Positions 12,596 through 24,347 of a DNA stretch of 64,000 bases are shown one piece after another. Within the stretch, counting starts at the first letter, position 1; every line of letters begins with the position of its first letter. Location: NCBI RefSeq assembly GCF_041602295.1, contig NZ_JBFIGO010000003.1, positions 6,115 through 70,114 on the forward strand, given 5' to 3'. Both the position numbers and the translations under genes were made by a program. Under the pieces are notes generated by a model, which made no database searches, was not told where the DNA came from, and was given only the letters and a program-made list of their open reading frames with translations. The stretch is from Spongiibacter sp. (GTDB lineage Bacteria > Pseudomonadota > Gammaproteobacteria > Pseudomonadales > Spongiibacteraceae).

Positions 12596-14020
12596 ATGCC
12601 CCGAATCCTGATCGTTGAAGACGAAGATGTTATTCGCCTCGCGCTGCGTCGTCTGCTAGAACGCAACGACTATCAGGTAGATGAAGCCGCGTCGGTACAA
12701 GAGGCCGTCAACAACTTCGACCTCGACAGTTACCAACTGCTTATCAGCGACCTGCGCCTGCCCGGCGCCCCCGGCACCGAGCTCATCAACAAAACCGAGC
12801 GCCCCGTGCTGATTATGACCAGCTACGCCAGCCTCAAGTCCGCCGTCGACTCGATGAAAAAAGGGGCGATCGACTACATCGCCAAGCCCTTTGATCACGA
12901 CGAAATGCTCGACACGGTCGCCCGCATTATCAGCGATGACGACAGCGCCAGCGCGCCCGGCAACACCCGCCAGCGCCAACAGCAGGCGCGCGCAAACGGC
13001 ATGATTGGCAGCTGCAAGCCGATGCAGCAGCTGTACGAGCACATTCGCCGCGTCTCCCCCACCGACACCACGGTCTTGGTACACGGCGAAACCGGTACCG
13101 GCAAAGAGCTGGTCGCCCGCGCCATCCACAGCCAGAGCAAGCGCGCCAACAAAGCCATTATCTGCGTCAACTGCGCCGCCATCCCGGAAACGCTGATTGA
13201 GTCCGAGCTTTTCGGCTACGAAAAAGGCGCATTTACCGGCGCCAATACCAACCGCATCGGCCTGATCGAAGCGGCCGATGGCGGCACTTTGTTTCTCGAC
13301 GAAATCGGCGAATTGCCGCTTGAGGCCCAGGCGCGGCTGCTGCGCTTTATTCAAGAAGACGAAATTCGCCGCATCGGCGCCGTGGAATCCAGCAAGGTCG
13401 ACGTGCGACTGATCTGCGCCACCCATCGCGACCTCAAGGACATGGCCCACAACGGCCGCTTCCGGGAAGACCTCTACTACCGCATCAACGTCATGAAGCT
13501 GGAGCTGCCGCCGCTGCGCGAGCGCGGTAAAGACATACTGGAGATTGCCGAAACCCTGCTGCAGCGCCGCTGTGAAGCACTGGGTCGCGAGCGACTGAAA
13601 CTGAGCCCCAAGGCCATTCAAGCGATCACCACCTACGTCTGGCCCGGCAATATTCGCGAATTGGAAAACGCCATTGAGCGCGCGGTGATCCTCTGTGAAG
13701 GCAGCGAGATCGACAACGAACTGCTAGATATCGACCTCGAACTGGTAGACATCAGCCAGATCCGCGGCCGCAAACCCGAGCGCAGCCGCAACCCCAACAT
13801 CAGCGAACGCAAAGACGCACGCCCCAGCCGGGTGCGCAGCTCAGATCCCACTGAAGACCTGTCACTGGAAGACTACTTCCAGCGCTTTGTGCTGGAACAC
13901 CAGGACAGCATGAGTGAGACCGAACTCGCACAAAAACTCGGCGTCAGCCGAAAATGCCTGTGGGAACGCCGTCAGCGCCTGGGGATTCCACGCAAAAAAA
14001 CCGCCCGCTCCGGCGGCTAA
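12596..14020 (+). CDS. cbrB: Sigma-54-dependent response regulator CbrB
   Basis: REC domain, [23 protein letters not shown] and [10 protein letters not shown] motifs, and the CbrB-type tail [47 protein letters not shown]. Confidence 0.92.
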   Translation: MPRILIVEDEDVIRLALRRLLERNDYQVDEAASVQEAVNNFDLDSYQLLISDLRLPGAPGTELINKTERPVLIMTSYASLKSAVDSMKKGAIDYIAKPFDHDEMLDTVARIISDDDSASAPGNTRQRQQQARANGMIGSCKPMQQLYEHIRRVSPTDTTVLVHGETGTGKELVARAIHSQSKRANKAIICVNCAAIPETLIESELFGYEKGAFTGANTNRIGLIEAADGGTLFLDEIGELPLEAQARLLRFIQEDEIRRIGAVESSKVDVRLICATHRDLKDMAHNGRFREDLYYRINVMKLELPPLRERGKDILEIAETLLQRRCEALGRERLKLSPKAIQAITTYVWPGNIRELENAIERAVILCEGSEIDNELLDIDLELVDISQIRGRKPERSRNPNISERKDARPSRVRSSDPTEDLSLEDYFQRFVLEHQDSMSETELAQKLGVSRKCLWERRQRLGIPRKKTARSGG

Positions 14021-14024
14021 CGCC

Positions 14025-14073
14025 CGTTACCCAAGAGCCGCGCGCGTAACAACTTCCGTTTACTAAGGTAACA
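14025..14073. promoter_or_regulatory. Putative CbrB enhancer (three TGTTAC/GTAACA-type half sites)
   Basis: CGTTAC (14025)-N15-GTAACA (14046), plus GTAACA (14068). Resembles the TGTTAC-N14-GTAACA site described for Pseudomonas crcZ. Confidence 0.7.
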
Positions 14074-14146
14074 AAGACGCAAAAATCCCGTTTTCACGCC
14101 AGCAAAGGATATAAGTAAACAACTGATAAATAAGGAAAAACCAAAG

Positions 14147-14163
14147 TTGGCACAAGGAATGCT
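14147..14163 (+). promoter_or_regulatory. Sigma-54 (-24/-12) promoter
   Basis: TTGGCACAAGGAATGCT: GG (14149-50)-N10-GC (14161-62), with the TGGCAC core intact. Confidence 0.85.
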
Positions 14164-14173
14164 TTGTTATTTG

Positions 14174-14286
14174 ACAAAGAACAATAATAAACACAATAAA
14201 AATAATAAAACGCGGCAAAATAAAAATAATAGACGTAGTAAAGAGACCTGGGTGGGGAAGACATTGTTTTCCCCTTCTTCATTTTT
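14174..14286 (+). ncRNA. crcZ: CrcZ-like Hfq/Crc-sponge sRNA (short, about 110 nt)
   Basis: Lies between cbrB and pcnB, downstream of the sigma-54 promoter. Three (AAN)n tracts at 14177-90, 14195-208 and 14217-31, ending in a hairpin plus U-rich tail. Ends are inferred. Confidence 0.7.
14254..14286 (+). terminator. Terminator of the CrcZ-like sRNA
   Basis: GGGGAAGAC-ATT-GTTTTCCCC followed by TTCTTCATTTTT. Confidence 0.6.
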
Positions 14287-14382
14287 GGACCCGACAAAAT
14301 CCCCCATTCCCCCGACGGCGCGCCAAGCACTCCGCTTGTGCTAGAATGCCGCCTTTGCCATTTCAGGCTGATATCGAGATCA

Positions 14383-15765
14383 ATGAGCACCACTACTGTT
14401 TCAGGACTTTGGAAAAAACTCGCCGGCAAACTGAGTCGCTCCAATAGCAGTCCACACCGCCCGACAATCATCCCCCGCGACGACCATTGCGTATCACGCA
14501 GGCTCATCAGCGACGGCGCACTGAAGGTCATTCAGCGCCTTAACCAGGCCGGCCACGAGGCCTACCTGGTGGGCGGAGGCGTGCGCGACATACTGCTTGG
14601 CGGGGAGCCCAAGGACTTCGATGTCGCCACCGATGCGACCCCCGAACAAATTCGCGGTCTGTTTCGCAACAGCCGCATCATCGGCCGCCGCTTTCGCATA
14701 GTCCATGTGCGCTTTGGCCGAGAAGTAATTGAGGTCACCACCTTCCGTGGCAACCACGATGCCGCGCCCGTACACAGCAACCCCAAAGGCAAGCAGTCCG
14801 CACGCAATGAGTCCGGTATGCTGCTGCGCGACAATGTCTATGGAAGTATTGACGAAGACGCTGCCCGTCGCGATCTCAGCATTAACGCCCTCTACTATTC
14901 CAGTCGCGACTTCGCCATTTACGATTTCGTTGGCGGCATCGACGACCTCAACCGCCGCCTGATCCGTGTGATTGGCGACCCGGAAACCCGCTATCGCGAA
15001 GACCCCGTGCGCATGCTGCGGGTCGTGCGTTTTGCCGCCAAGCTGGACTTTGACATAGAAGCCCACACCGAAGCGCCGCTGCGCCAACTCGCGCCACTAC
15101 TGGAAGATATTGCCGCCGCGCGAATGTTCGACGAGGTGCTAAAACTGTTTATGGGCGGCCGCGCCCTGCAAACCTACGCGCTGATGCAGCGCTACGGCCT
15201 CTTTGCCCCGCTATTCCCGGCCACCCAACGCCTGCTCGACGAGGAGTGCCCAGAAACCGTCGAACTCATACACCAAGGCCTGGCCAACACCGACGCCCGC
15301 ATCGCCGAAGGCAAACCTGTTACCCCCGCCTTCCTCTACGCAGTCTTGCTCTGGCCGGTGGTTAAAAAACTGCACAAAGAACAGCTCGCCGACGGCGTGC
15401 CACCGATTCCCGCGCTACATCAGGCCGCCGAACGCTGCCTGCACAAGCAGCAGCAGCGAGTGGCTATTCCGAAACGTTTTTCGCTGCCGATGCGCGACAT
15501 CTGGGAGCTGCAACTGCGCTTCGAGCGCCAATCCGGAAAACGTGCCGAACAACTGGTAGAACACCGCTACTTCCGCGCCGGCTACGACTTCCTGCTGCTC
15601 CGCGAACAGTCCGGCGAAATTGGCGAGCAACTCAGTCAGTGGTGGCAGGCCTTCTACGAAGCCCAACCGGATACCCGCAGCAATATGCAACAGCACAGTG
15701 AATCCCAGGAGGAGCGCCCACGTCGCCCTCGACGCAGACGGCGTGGACCGCGCAACAAGGGATGA
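14383..15765 (+). CDS. pcnB: Poly(A) polymerase I
   Basis: AYLVGGGVRD, PKDFDVATDATPEQ, IIGRRFRIVHV, RRDLSINAL and EDPVRMLR motifs. Start is uncertain. Confidence 0.95.
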   Translation: MSTTTVSGLWKKLAGKLSRSNSSPHRPTIIPRDDHCVSRRLISDGALKVIQRLNQAGHEAYLVGGGVRDILLGGEPKDFDVATDATPEQIRGLFRNSRIIGRRFRIVHVRFGREVIEVTTFRGNHDAAPVHSNPKGKQSARNESGMLLRDNVYGSIDEDAARRDLSINALYYSSRDFAIYDFVGGIDDLNRRLIRVIGDPETRYREDPVRMLRVVRFAAKLDFDIEAHTEAPLRQLAPLLEDIAAARMFDEVLKLFMGGRALQTYALMQRYGLFAPLFPATQRLLDEECPETVELIHQGLANTDARIAEGKPVTPAFLYAVLLWPVVKKLHKEQLADGVPPIPALHQAAERCLHKQQQRVAIPKRFSLPMRDIWELQLRFERQSGKRAEQLVEHRYFRAGYDFLLLREQSGEIGEQLSQWWQAFYEAQPDTRSNMQQHSESQEERPRRPRRRRRGPRNKG

Positions 15766-16268
15766 TCCGCAGCTATATTGGCCTGGGCAGCAACCAGGCA
15801 TCGCCCCTGGCGCAGATCTACGGCGCTCTTAACGCCCTTAAGCGCCTGCCGGGCAGCCGCTTTATCGGCAGTTCCAGGCTGTACGGCAGCCGCGCCATTG
15901 GCCCCGGCCAGCAACCCGACTACATCAATGCGGCCGCCGCCATAGACACCGCACTCAGTGCCGACGAACTGCTAACCGCCCTGCAGCGTATCGAGCTGCA
16001 ACACGGCCGTCAGCGCGACGTCCGCTGGGGCGCCCGCACCCTGGACTTGGATATACTGCTGTTCGGCGACCAGCGCATTGACAGCGACAGCCTGCAAATC
16101 CCCCATCCGCGCATGGCCCAGCGCCCCTTTGTACTCGCGCCACTGGCCGACTTGTCACCGGCATTGGCCACAGCCAACAGCGCCCTGCCCACCCCCCTCG
16201 CCGAGCTGATTGGCACCGAGGAACTGTGGCTAATCAATGCCGATGAGCTGTCCAACTATGCTGAATGA
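15762..16268 (+). CDS. folK: 2-amino-4-hydroxy-6-hydroxymethyldihydropteridine kinase
   Basis: YIGLGSN, QPDYINAA and RWGARTLDLDILL motifs; ATGA overlap with pcnB. Confidence 0.95.
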   Translation: MIRSYIGLGSNQASPLAQIYGALNALKRLPGSRFIGSSRLYGSRAIGPGQQPDYINAAAAIDTALSADELLTALQRIELQHGRQRDVRWGARTLDLDILLFGDQRIDSDSLQIPHPRMAQRPFVLAPLADLSPALATANSALPTPLAELIGTEELWLINADELSNYAE

Positions 16269-16923
16269 ACCACTATTCAAATCCGCTACGCCCCCCCGCC
16301 ACATTGCGATAGAAGGGCCAATCGGCGTAGGAAAAAGCACATTAATGCGCAAACTGAGTGCCTCTCTGGGGTATGCGACACTGGAAGAGAAGGCCGAGGA
16401 AAACCCATTCCTGGAACGGTTTTACAATAATCGCCGCCACGGCGCCCTCTCCGCCCAGCTGTTTTTCCTCTTTCAGCGCGCCCAGCAACTTAACGACCTG
16501 CAACAAAGCGACCTGTTCGAGCGCGGCTACATCGCCGACTTCCTTTTTCAAAAAGACCCGCTGTTCGCGCAGATCACCCTGGACAGCAACGAGCTAGAGC
16601 TCTATCACAAGGTTTACCAACAGCTCAGCGTCGACCTACCCCGCGCCGATTTAGTCATCTACCTGCAGGCACCCAGCAAAGTACTGCGCGAGCGCATTCA
16701 GCAGCGCGGCGTGCGCTTCGAGCGCAACATCGACACCGCTTATCTGGAACAGGTCAACGAGGCCTACTGCGAATTTTTTCTCGACTACAGCGCGTCGCCG
16801 CTATTGATCGTCAATGCGGAAGAGATAGACTTCGCCCACAGCGATAGCGACTACCAGCAACTTCTCGACTATTTACTGGAAATTCGCAGCGGTCGCCATT
16901 ATTTTAACCCCTCTTTTTTCTGA
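16258..16923 (+). CDS. Deoxynucleoside kinase family protein
   Basis: IAIEGPIGVGKST P-loop and DLVIYLQAP...ERIQQRG motif. Confidence 0.9.
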   Translation: MLNEPLFKSATPPRHIAIEGPIGVGKSTLMRKLSASLGYATLEEKAEENPFLERFYNNRRHGALSAQLFFLFQRAQQLNDLQQSDLFERGYIADFLFQKDPLFAQITLDSNELELYHKVYQQLSVDLPRADLVIYLQAPSKVLRERIQQRGVRFERNIDTAYLEQVNEAYCEFFLDYSASPLLIVNAEEIDFAHSDSDYQQLLDYLLEIRSGRHYFNPSFF

Positions 16924-16941
16924 GTCTCCGCGAGGCCCACT

Positions 16942-17733
16942 ATGAGCAAGAGCAGCATCCCCAGTCTGTTGCAAAAGAAACAGCGCGGCGAAAAATTTGC
17001 TGTCGTCACCTGCTACGACGCCAGTTTTGCCCGCCTCGTGGAAAAAGCCGGCATCGAAGTCATCCTGATTGGCGACTCTCTCGGCATGGTATTACAGGGA
17101 CAAGATTCCACCCTGCCGGTGAGCGTTGCGGACATGGCCTACCACACTGCCAGCGTCGCCCGCGGCTGCTCAGCCCCGCTGATCATCGCCGACCTGCCCT
17201 TTGGCAGCTACCACAACAGCCTGCAATGCCTGGAAAACGCCACTGCACTCATGCGCGCCGGCGCGCACATGGTCAAGCTTGAAGGCGGTGCCTGGCTGGC
17301 CGACAGCGTCACCCAGCTCAGCCGCGCCGGCATACCGGCCTGTGGCCACCTGGGCCTCACCCCACAATCGGTTAATGTCCTGGGCGGCTACCGCGTACAG
17401 GGCCGCGACACCGACCAGGCGCAGCAGATCATCAACGATGCCAAGGCCCTGGAAGCCGCCGGCGCCGCCATGCTGGTACTCGAGTGTGTACCGCGCCAAC
17501 TCGCGACAGAAATCAGCCAGACTCTGAGCATTCCCGTCATCGGCATCGGCGCTGGCGCCGGTACCGACGCCCAGGTTCTGGTACTTCACGACTTGCTGGG
17601 CATCACCGAGAAAACCGCGCGTTTTGTCCGCAATTTCGCCGACGGCAGCAGCAGCATCGAAGACGCCCTGTGCCGCTACCGCGCCGCCGTATTGGACGGC
17701 AGCTTCCCCGCCGCCGAACACAGCTTTGACTAG
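16942..17733 (+). CDS. panB: 3-methyl-2-oxobutanoate hydroxymethyltransferase
   Basis: [30 protein letters not shown] and GHLGLTPQS motifs. Confidence 0.96.
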   Translation: MSKSSIPSLLQKKQRGEKFAVVTCYDASFARLVEKAGIEVILIGDSLGMVLQGQDSTLPVSVADMAYHTASVARGCSAPLIIADLPFGSYHNSLQCLENATALMRAGAHMVKLEGGAWLADSVTQLSRAGIPACGHLGLTPQSVNVLGGYRVQGRDTDQAQQIINDAKALEAAGAAMLVLECVPRQLATEISQTLSIPVIGIGAGAGTDAQVLVLHDLLGITEKTARFVRNFADGSSSIEDALCRYRAAVLDGSFPAAEHSFD

Positions 17734-17753
17734 CGACAAGAAACGGGCCAACA

Positions 17754-17829
17754 TTGTTACCTAGAGAAACGAAAATTGCGGTAACAAAGTTCTGACTTTT
17801 TTGTTACCAAAGCATTGAACGGCCATAAT
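17754..17829 (+). promoter_or_regulatory. Putative sigma-70 promoter of panC-panD overlapped by TGTTAC/GTAACA repeats
   Basis: TTGTTA (17801-06)-17 nt-CATAAT (17824-29); TTGTTAC (17754), GTAACAA (17781) and TTGTTAC (17801). Confidence 0.5.
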
Positions 17830-17834
17830 AGTTG

Positions 17835-17978
17835 GGGCATACTTGCCCGCCACCGTCGAACTGGTCAGTTTGTGACCAATGTACTCACTGAGTACTGAAC
17901 GCCGGTGAACAGGTCGCCAGCCCGCGGAACGAGCGGACTGACTTCACAGCAAACTGCCTTTGTACACGCCGTACAAAG
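17835..17978 (+). other. Hairpin-rich untranslated leader upstream of panC
   Basis: Inverted repeats GGGCA/TGCCC (17835-48), TGGTCA/TGACCA (17862-78), GTACTCA/TGAGTAC (17881-95) and CTTTGTAC/GTACAAAG (17958-78). Confidence 0.4.
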
Positions 17979-18002
17979 ATCGAGATTGGGAAGTTAGGTG
18001 GT

Positions 18003-18887
18003 ATGAAAACATACAGCACAACCGCCGCGCTCCGCGCCGCTATTTCCGCCGCACGCCGTGCAGGAAAAACTGTTGCCTTCGTTCCCACTATGGGGAATCT
18101 CCACGAAGGGCATATTTCACTGGTTCGTCGCGCCGCGCGCGAGGCCGATGTCGTGGTGGTGAGTATTTTCATCAACCCACTGCAATTTGCCGCCAGCGAA
18201 GACCTGAGCAGCTACCCTCGCACCCTGGCCGCCGACAAAGAAAAATTGTTCGCTGAAGGCGTGCAGCTGCTGTTCCAACCCGCGGTAGAGGAAATCTACC
18301 CCGAAGGCATGGACCAACACAGCAAGGTTTCAGTTCCCGCAGTTTCTGAATATCACTGCGGCGCCAGTCGTCCCGGCCACTTTACCGGCGTGGCGACCAT
18401 CGTTAACAAGCTGTTCAATATGGTTCAGCCCGACGTTGCGGTATTCGGCGAGAAAGATTTTCAACAGCTCAGCGTCATCCGCAAAATGGTCAAGGACCTG
18501 TGCATGCCGATCAATGTCATTGGCGTTGCCACCGCCCGCGCCGAAGACGGCCTGGCACTGAGCTCGCGCAATGGTTACTTGAACGATGAGCAGCGCCACA
18601 CAGCTCCAGAGCTGCACCGCGTACTGCAGCAGACGCGCGAAGCCATCGCCTGCGGCTACGACAGCTACGGCGAACTGGAAGAGCACGCCAAACTGGCACT
18701 GCAGGACGCCGGATTTGAACCCGATTACGTAAATATTTGTGATGCCCGCAGCCTCCAACAGGTTCGCGGGGACACCGAAGAAGTTGTTATACTAGCCGCC
18801 GCCAAGTTGGGCACGACGCGACTAATCGACAACGTCACCCTGACCCTGAATCCCAGTGCCGACTGGGGCATGCTGGCCGCTAACTAA
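18003..18887 (+). CDS. panC: Pantoate--beta-alanine ligase
   Basis: [45 protein letters not shown] and RLIDN motifs. Confidence 0.97.
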   Translation: MKTYSTTAALRAAISAARRAGKTVAFVPTMGNLHEGHISLVRRAAREADVVVVSIFINPLQFAASEDLSSYPRTLAADKEKLFAEGVQLLFQPAVEEIYPEGMDQHSKVSVPAVSEYHCGASRPGHFTGVATIVNKLFNMVQPDVAVFGEKDFQQLSVIRKMVKDLCMPINVIGVATARAEDGLALSSRNGYLNDEQRHTAPELHRVLQQTREAIACGYDSYGELEEHAKLALQDAGFEPDYVNICDARSLQQVRGDTEEVVILAAAKLGTTRLIDNVTLTLNPSADWGMLAAN

Positions 18888-18922
18888 GCGCCGGCCGAGA
18901 ACGACGAGAAAGGAACAGCGTT

Positions 18923-19303
18923 ATGCAGTCCGTTATGCTGAAAGCCAAACTCCACAAAGCTCGAGTAACCCACGCGGTACTGAACTACGAGGGCTCCTGC
19001 GCCATAGACGGCAAATTGCTGGATATGTCCGGGATTCGCGAGTTTGAACAGATTCAAATCTACAACGTCACCAATGGTGAGCGCTTCACCACCTACGCCA
19101 TTCGCGGTGAAGACAACAGCGGCATTATCTCTATCAATGGTGCCGCCGCGCACAAGGCCGGCGTCGACGACACCATTATTATCTGCGCCTATGCCAGCTA
19201 TACCGAAGCGGAATTGATTAACTTCAAACCGCGGCTGATCTATATGAATGAAGACAACACTGTCAGTCATTCCAGCAATGCTATTCCCGTGCAGGTTGCC
19301 TGA
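18923..19303 (+). CDS. panD: Aspartate 1-decarboxylase proenzyme
   Basis: [20 protein letters not shown] autocleavage site, NGERFTTY and INGAAAH motifs. Confidence 0.96.
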   Translation: MQSVMLKAKLHKARVTHAVLNYEGSCAIDGKLLDMSGIREFEQIQIYNVTNGERFTTYAIRGEDNSGIISINGAAAHKAGVDDTIIICAYASYTEAELINFKPRLIYMNEDNTVSHSSNAIPVQVA

Positions 19304-19326
19304 ACGCGACCGGCAACAGCACTGCT

Positions 19327-19354
19327 AAAAGGGCCCCATGCGGGCCCTTTTTTT
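19327..19354 (+). terminator. Rho-independent terminator
   Basis: AAAAGGGCCC-CATGC-GGGCCCTTTTTTT. Confidence 0.85.
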
Positions 19355-19597
19355 CATCTAAATCATGGACTTGCTCACATATTCACAAGCCCGCTAATTA
19401 CCGCCCCCCACACCAAGGTTACTATACTGTAGCCAAAACACTCGACCACTCTCACGGCGGCCAGTGCTCTGGCACCGCAAATATAACGAGGATAATAAGC
19501 GGAGCTGATCCACCGCCGTCACAGCAACTGACAGCCCTCACTGTCGGCGCGCCCGGCCCGCGTATAACACTATAACAACAAGAGAAAAAGGAAGACT

Positions 19598-21760
19598 ATG
19601 CAAAAGCAATCGGCCAAATCCCAGTGGCGAGCGCGGTGGTGCATCGCCCTAACAATCCTGCTCGGCAGCACTAACCTCGCCAACGCACTAGATCTAATCG
19701 AACTACTCGGCGGCAATCAGGGCCAGGCACTGCCACTGCCCGCAGAGGTCACCTTTACCTACACCGCCGGCGACCAGCTCATCCCCGACAAACTCACCGC
19801 CGAGGGCATCGACTTGAAGCCCGCCGCCGACGAAAGTGGTATCAGTGGCTACCGCCTGTACTGGGCCGACGACGCCGGCAACAAAATCATCGACCTGCCG
19901 CTACTGGGCGGCAAGCCCTTTATCACTGAGCTCAATACCAGTGGCCGTGCGCTGAGCTACCGCTTTGCCGCAGACACCACGGTACCGCCCAGCGCCTTTT
20001 CCGTATTGGCTTGCTCGCGCACGGCCGACAGCGAATACTGCGGCAGCTCGGCAAGCGACAAGGTTTTTTACCGCTTCCGCGACAGCGGCATGGCCGCGAC
20101 CCTAACAGAACTCCCCCTGGTGACCGGTGACCTCGGCGCACTCGCCAACTGCCCCGGTGTCGAAGTCGCCGCCAGCTGTGGCAACCAGATGTGCGACGCG
20201 CTGGAAACCGCCGAAAATTGCCCGGCGGACTGCGGCAACTGGCAGCTGGCCTCCTACAACTACCAGACCCTGTGCAGCGATATTCAGTCGATCCACACGC
20301 CAAGCAGTGTCGCCGAAGTCCAGCAACTGGTCAGCGCCGCTGCCGCCGCCGGCAAGCGCGTCAAGGTCACCGGCAAGGCCCATTCGGCCACCGAGGTGAT
20401 GTGTACCGATGGCGTGCTGATCAGCACCGCGCAACTGACCATGCACAACCCCAGTCTCGGCATTCAATTGGAAACCTTCGAAGGCGTCGAGGTCGTTAAA
20501 GTCCCCGCCGGCACCCTGATGTGGGACCTGTCCGAATGGCTGCACCCACGCGGCAAGTCCATCGGCTATACCCACCTGGGCTATGCCTACCCCACCGTTG
20601 CCGGCCACATCGCCACCAGCTCCCACGGCAGCTCACCGCGGCACCGCACCGTACTCGCACACAGCGTGGTGGGCATGGAGGTCGTCACCGCCGATGGCCA
20701 GTTGCGCCAATTCTCCCGCGGCACCACCAAGAAAGACCTGTGGAAGGCGCTGACCACCAATCTCGGCTACCTCGGCGTGGTCACCAGCCTGCGCATAGAA
20801 GTGCAGCCGACCACCAATCTGCACGTAAAGGTCACCTACCACGACGACGACTACCTGTTCCAGAATGGCCCGGATTCGGCCTGGGAAAATATCAAGGACT
20901 GTGACTTCGGCCAGTACAACTGGTATCCCGGCATGTCCAAAGTCATCCGCAGCTGCGGCATGGAAACCAGCGCCCCCGCCGAGCCCGGCGCACTTAACCG
21001 CCTGCTCAACCCCTCGGTACCGGCGGAGATTTTCCCCTTTTTCAAACAGGGCATGCACGCGGCGGCCTGCAACCCGGGCGGCTATCTCGACGGCTTTATG
21101 GAGCGCTTTCGCTACCTGCAGTTTGTTAACCAGCCGCCCTTCGTTAAAGACCAAGATGGCAAAAGCGTGTTTACCGCCGACGTGGTTGGCCCCCAGCACC
21201 GGATGATCACCAGCACACTGGTCGATGGTCAGGACGGTTTCTTCCAAATGGACTGGGAGGTCGCCGTGCCCCGCGCCAATGCGGCGGCCGCCATGCAGTA
21301 CATCAACAACTTCCTGCACGGCCAGAACGCCAAGAACCTCGACTTGCGCCTGCCGCTGGTCGGCGTTTTCACCCGCTATGCGAAAAGCGAAGACCACACA
21401 CTCATGGCCTACACCGGCACCGGCGGCCCCTTTGCAGACAACAGCCACGTGGTGCATATCGAAATGCCGATCTACGTGCCCGCCGGCTTTAATCAGGCCC
21501 AGCTGGACGCCTATATGGCGCCGTTTGTCGAATATGTCAGCGTGCTGATCGAAGAGTACGGCGCCCGCGCTCACTGGGCCAAAAACCGCGAGTGGACCTT
21601 CGACCTGCAGCGCCAACTGGGCTCCTTCAACTACGGCGACCGCCTGAAAAAGTTTAACAAGGCCGTCGCCACACTGGACCCTAACGGCGTGTTCGCCAAT
21701 GAATACGCCAAGCGCATCGGCATCATCTACCCCAACTTCAACTATCCCGCTGACTGGTAG
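19598..21760 (+). CDS. Secreted FAD-linked aldonolactone oxidase-like protein (GULO/ALO family) with N-terminal accessory and Cys-rich domains
   Basis: Signal peptide (..LANA/LD), GKAHS covalent-FAD motif, HGSS, LGYLGVVTSL and C-terminal HWAK. About 215-aa N-terminal extension including CGNQMCDALETAENCPADCG. Confidence 0.8.
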   Translation: MQKQSAKSQWRARWCIALTILLGSTNLANALDLIELLGGNQGQALPLPAEVTFTYTAGDQLIPDKLTAEGIDLKPAADESGISGYRLYWADDAGNKIIDLPLLGGKPFITELNTSGRALSYRFAADTTVPPSAFSVLACSRTADSEYCGSSASDKVFYRFRDSGMAATLTELPLVTGDLGALANCPGVEVAASCGNQMCDALETAENCPADCGNWQLASYNYQTLCSDIQSIHTPSSVAEVQQLVSAAAAAGKRVKVTGKAHSATEVMCTDGVLISTAQLTMHNPSLGIQLETFEGVEVVKVPAGTLMWDLSEWLHPRGKSIGYTHLGYAYPTVAGHIATSSHGSSPRHRTVLAHSVVGMEVVTADGQLRQFSRGTTKKDLWKALTTNLGYLGVVTSLRIEVQPTTNLHVKVTYHDDDYLFQNGPDSAWENIKDCDFGQYNWYPGMSKVIRSCGMETSAPAEPGALNRLLNPSVPAEIFPFFKQGMHAAACNPGGYLDGFMERFRYLQFVNQPPFVKDQDGKSVFTADVVGPQHRMITSTLVDGQDGFFQMDWEVAVPRANAAAAMQYINNFLHGQNAKNLDLRLPLVGVFTRYAKSEDHTLMAYTGTGGPFADNSHVVHIEMPIYVPAGFNQAQLDAYMAPFVEYVSVLIEEYGARAHWAKNREWTFDLQRQLGSFNYGDRLKKFNKAVATLDPNGVFANEYAKRIGIIYPNFNYPADW

Positions 21761-21779
21761 ACGCCACAGACTTCGACCA

Positions 21780-21802
21780 GGGGCCTTCGGGCCCCTTTTT
21801 TT
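21780..21802 (+). terminator. Rho-independent terminator
   Basis: GGGGCC-TTCG-GGCCCC-TTTTTTT. Confidence 0.85.
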
Positions 21803-21954
21803 GGCCCGGCGTTAAGCCCTACGCTCAACTCACTAGCCACCTGCGACTTTAGTCTAGTTGGGCTTCAATGGGCGACTGACAGAGGGTATCCTCAATTCAC
21901 TCGCTCGCGGCAGCGCTGCGGCAATCAAAATAATAGCCCTTAACAGGATGCGCC

Positions 21955-23892
<1,938 letters not shown>

Positions 23893-23908
23893 TATCAACA
23901 CAGCGCAA

Positions 23909-23935
23909 GGCTCCCCCCCAGGGGGAGCCGTTTTT
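23909..23935 (+). terminator. Rho-independent terminator
   Basis: GGCTCCCCC-CCA-GGGGGAGCC-G-TTTTT. Confidence 0.75.
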
Positions 23936-23979
23936 GTTGCAGCGGCAAGGATTGGCCCCACTACCCTCAGGACCACAAC

Positions 23980-24322
23980 ATGGATGTTGTCAAAACCCTC
24001 CGCCCGGGCGACTCGGGCAGCCATCGCAAAAGCGCATGCGGCAAACCGCTCTACACCCCCATCGCAACCATCCTCGACCCATACAAGGCATCAACCCCAC
24101 ACCACCGCGTCCTGCAAATGACCGAGAGCAACCCTGCCGTGGCCATTCGAGTGCATTATTAAGAACAGGCGTTGCGGCGGAAAACAAAAGCCGCAGGGTT
24201 GCCAATGGAGCCCGCAACTGAAGTTGTGGCTGATGCGGTACAACGATGCGGTTAAGATGGGATCGAGGGGCAGAATTGAGGACGGGCCCGCCGGAACGCG
24301 CCACAATCGCCAGCCACAATAA
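23980..24322 (+). pseudogene. Degraded gene for a small conserved hypothetical protein (TLRPG..G N-terminus; DUF5710-like AAG.QW...KLWL C-terminus)
   Basis: MDVVKTLRPGDSGS..., in-frame TAA at 24160-62, then EQALRRKTKAAG. Removing one G near 24192-96 continues as CQWSPQLKLWLMRYNDAVKMG..GRIE. Confidence 0.55.
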
Positions 24323-24347
24323 TTACAAAACCATAGAGACAGCGCTC

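Noticed and set aside
14094-14531. 145-aa minus ORF (YYVYYFYF...) and 65-aa plus ORF 14147-14344 (KNNNKHNKNNK)
   Set aside because: Low-complexity translations of the A-rich CrcZ-like sRNA tracts.
17833-17917. Possible sigma-54 promoters for panC (TGGGGCATACTTGC; CGGTGAACAGGTCGC)
   Set aside because: The first has 9-nt GG-GC spacing; the second has correct spacing but lacks the TGGCAC and TTGC context.
19470-19490. TGGCAC upstream of the lactone oxidase as a sigma-54 site
   Set aside because: No GC at the -12 position.
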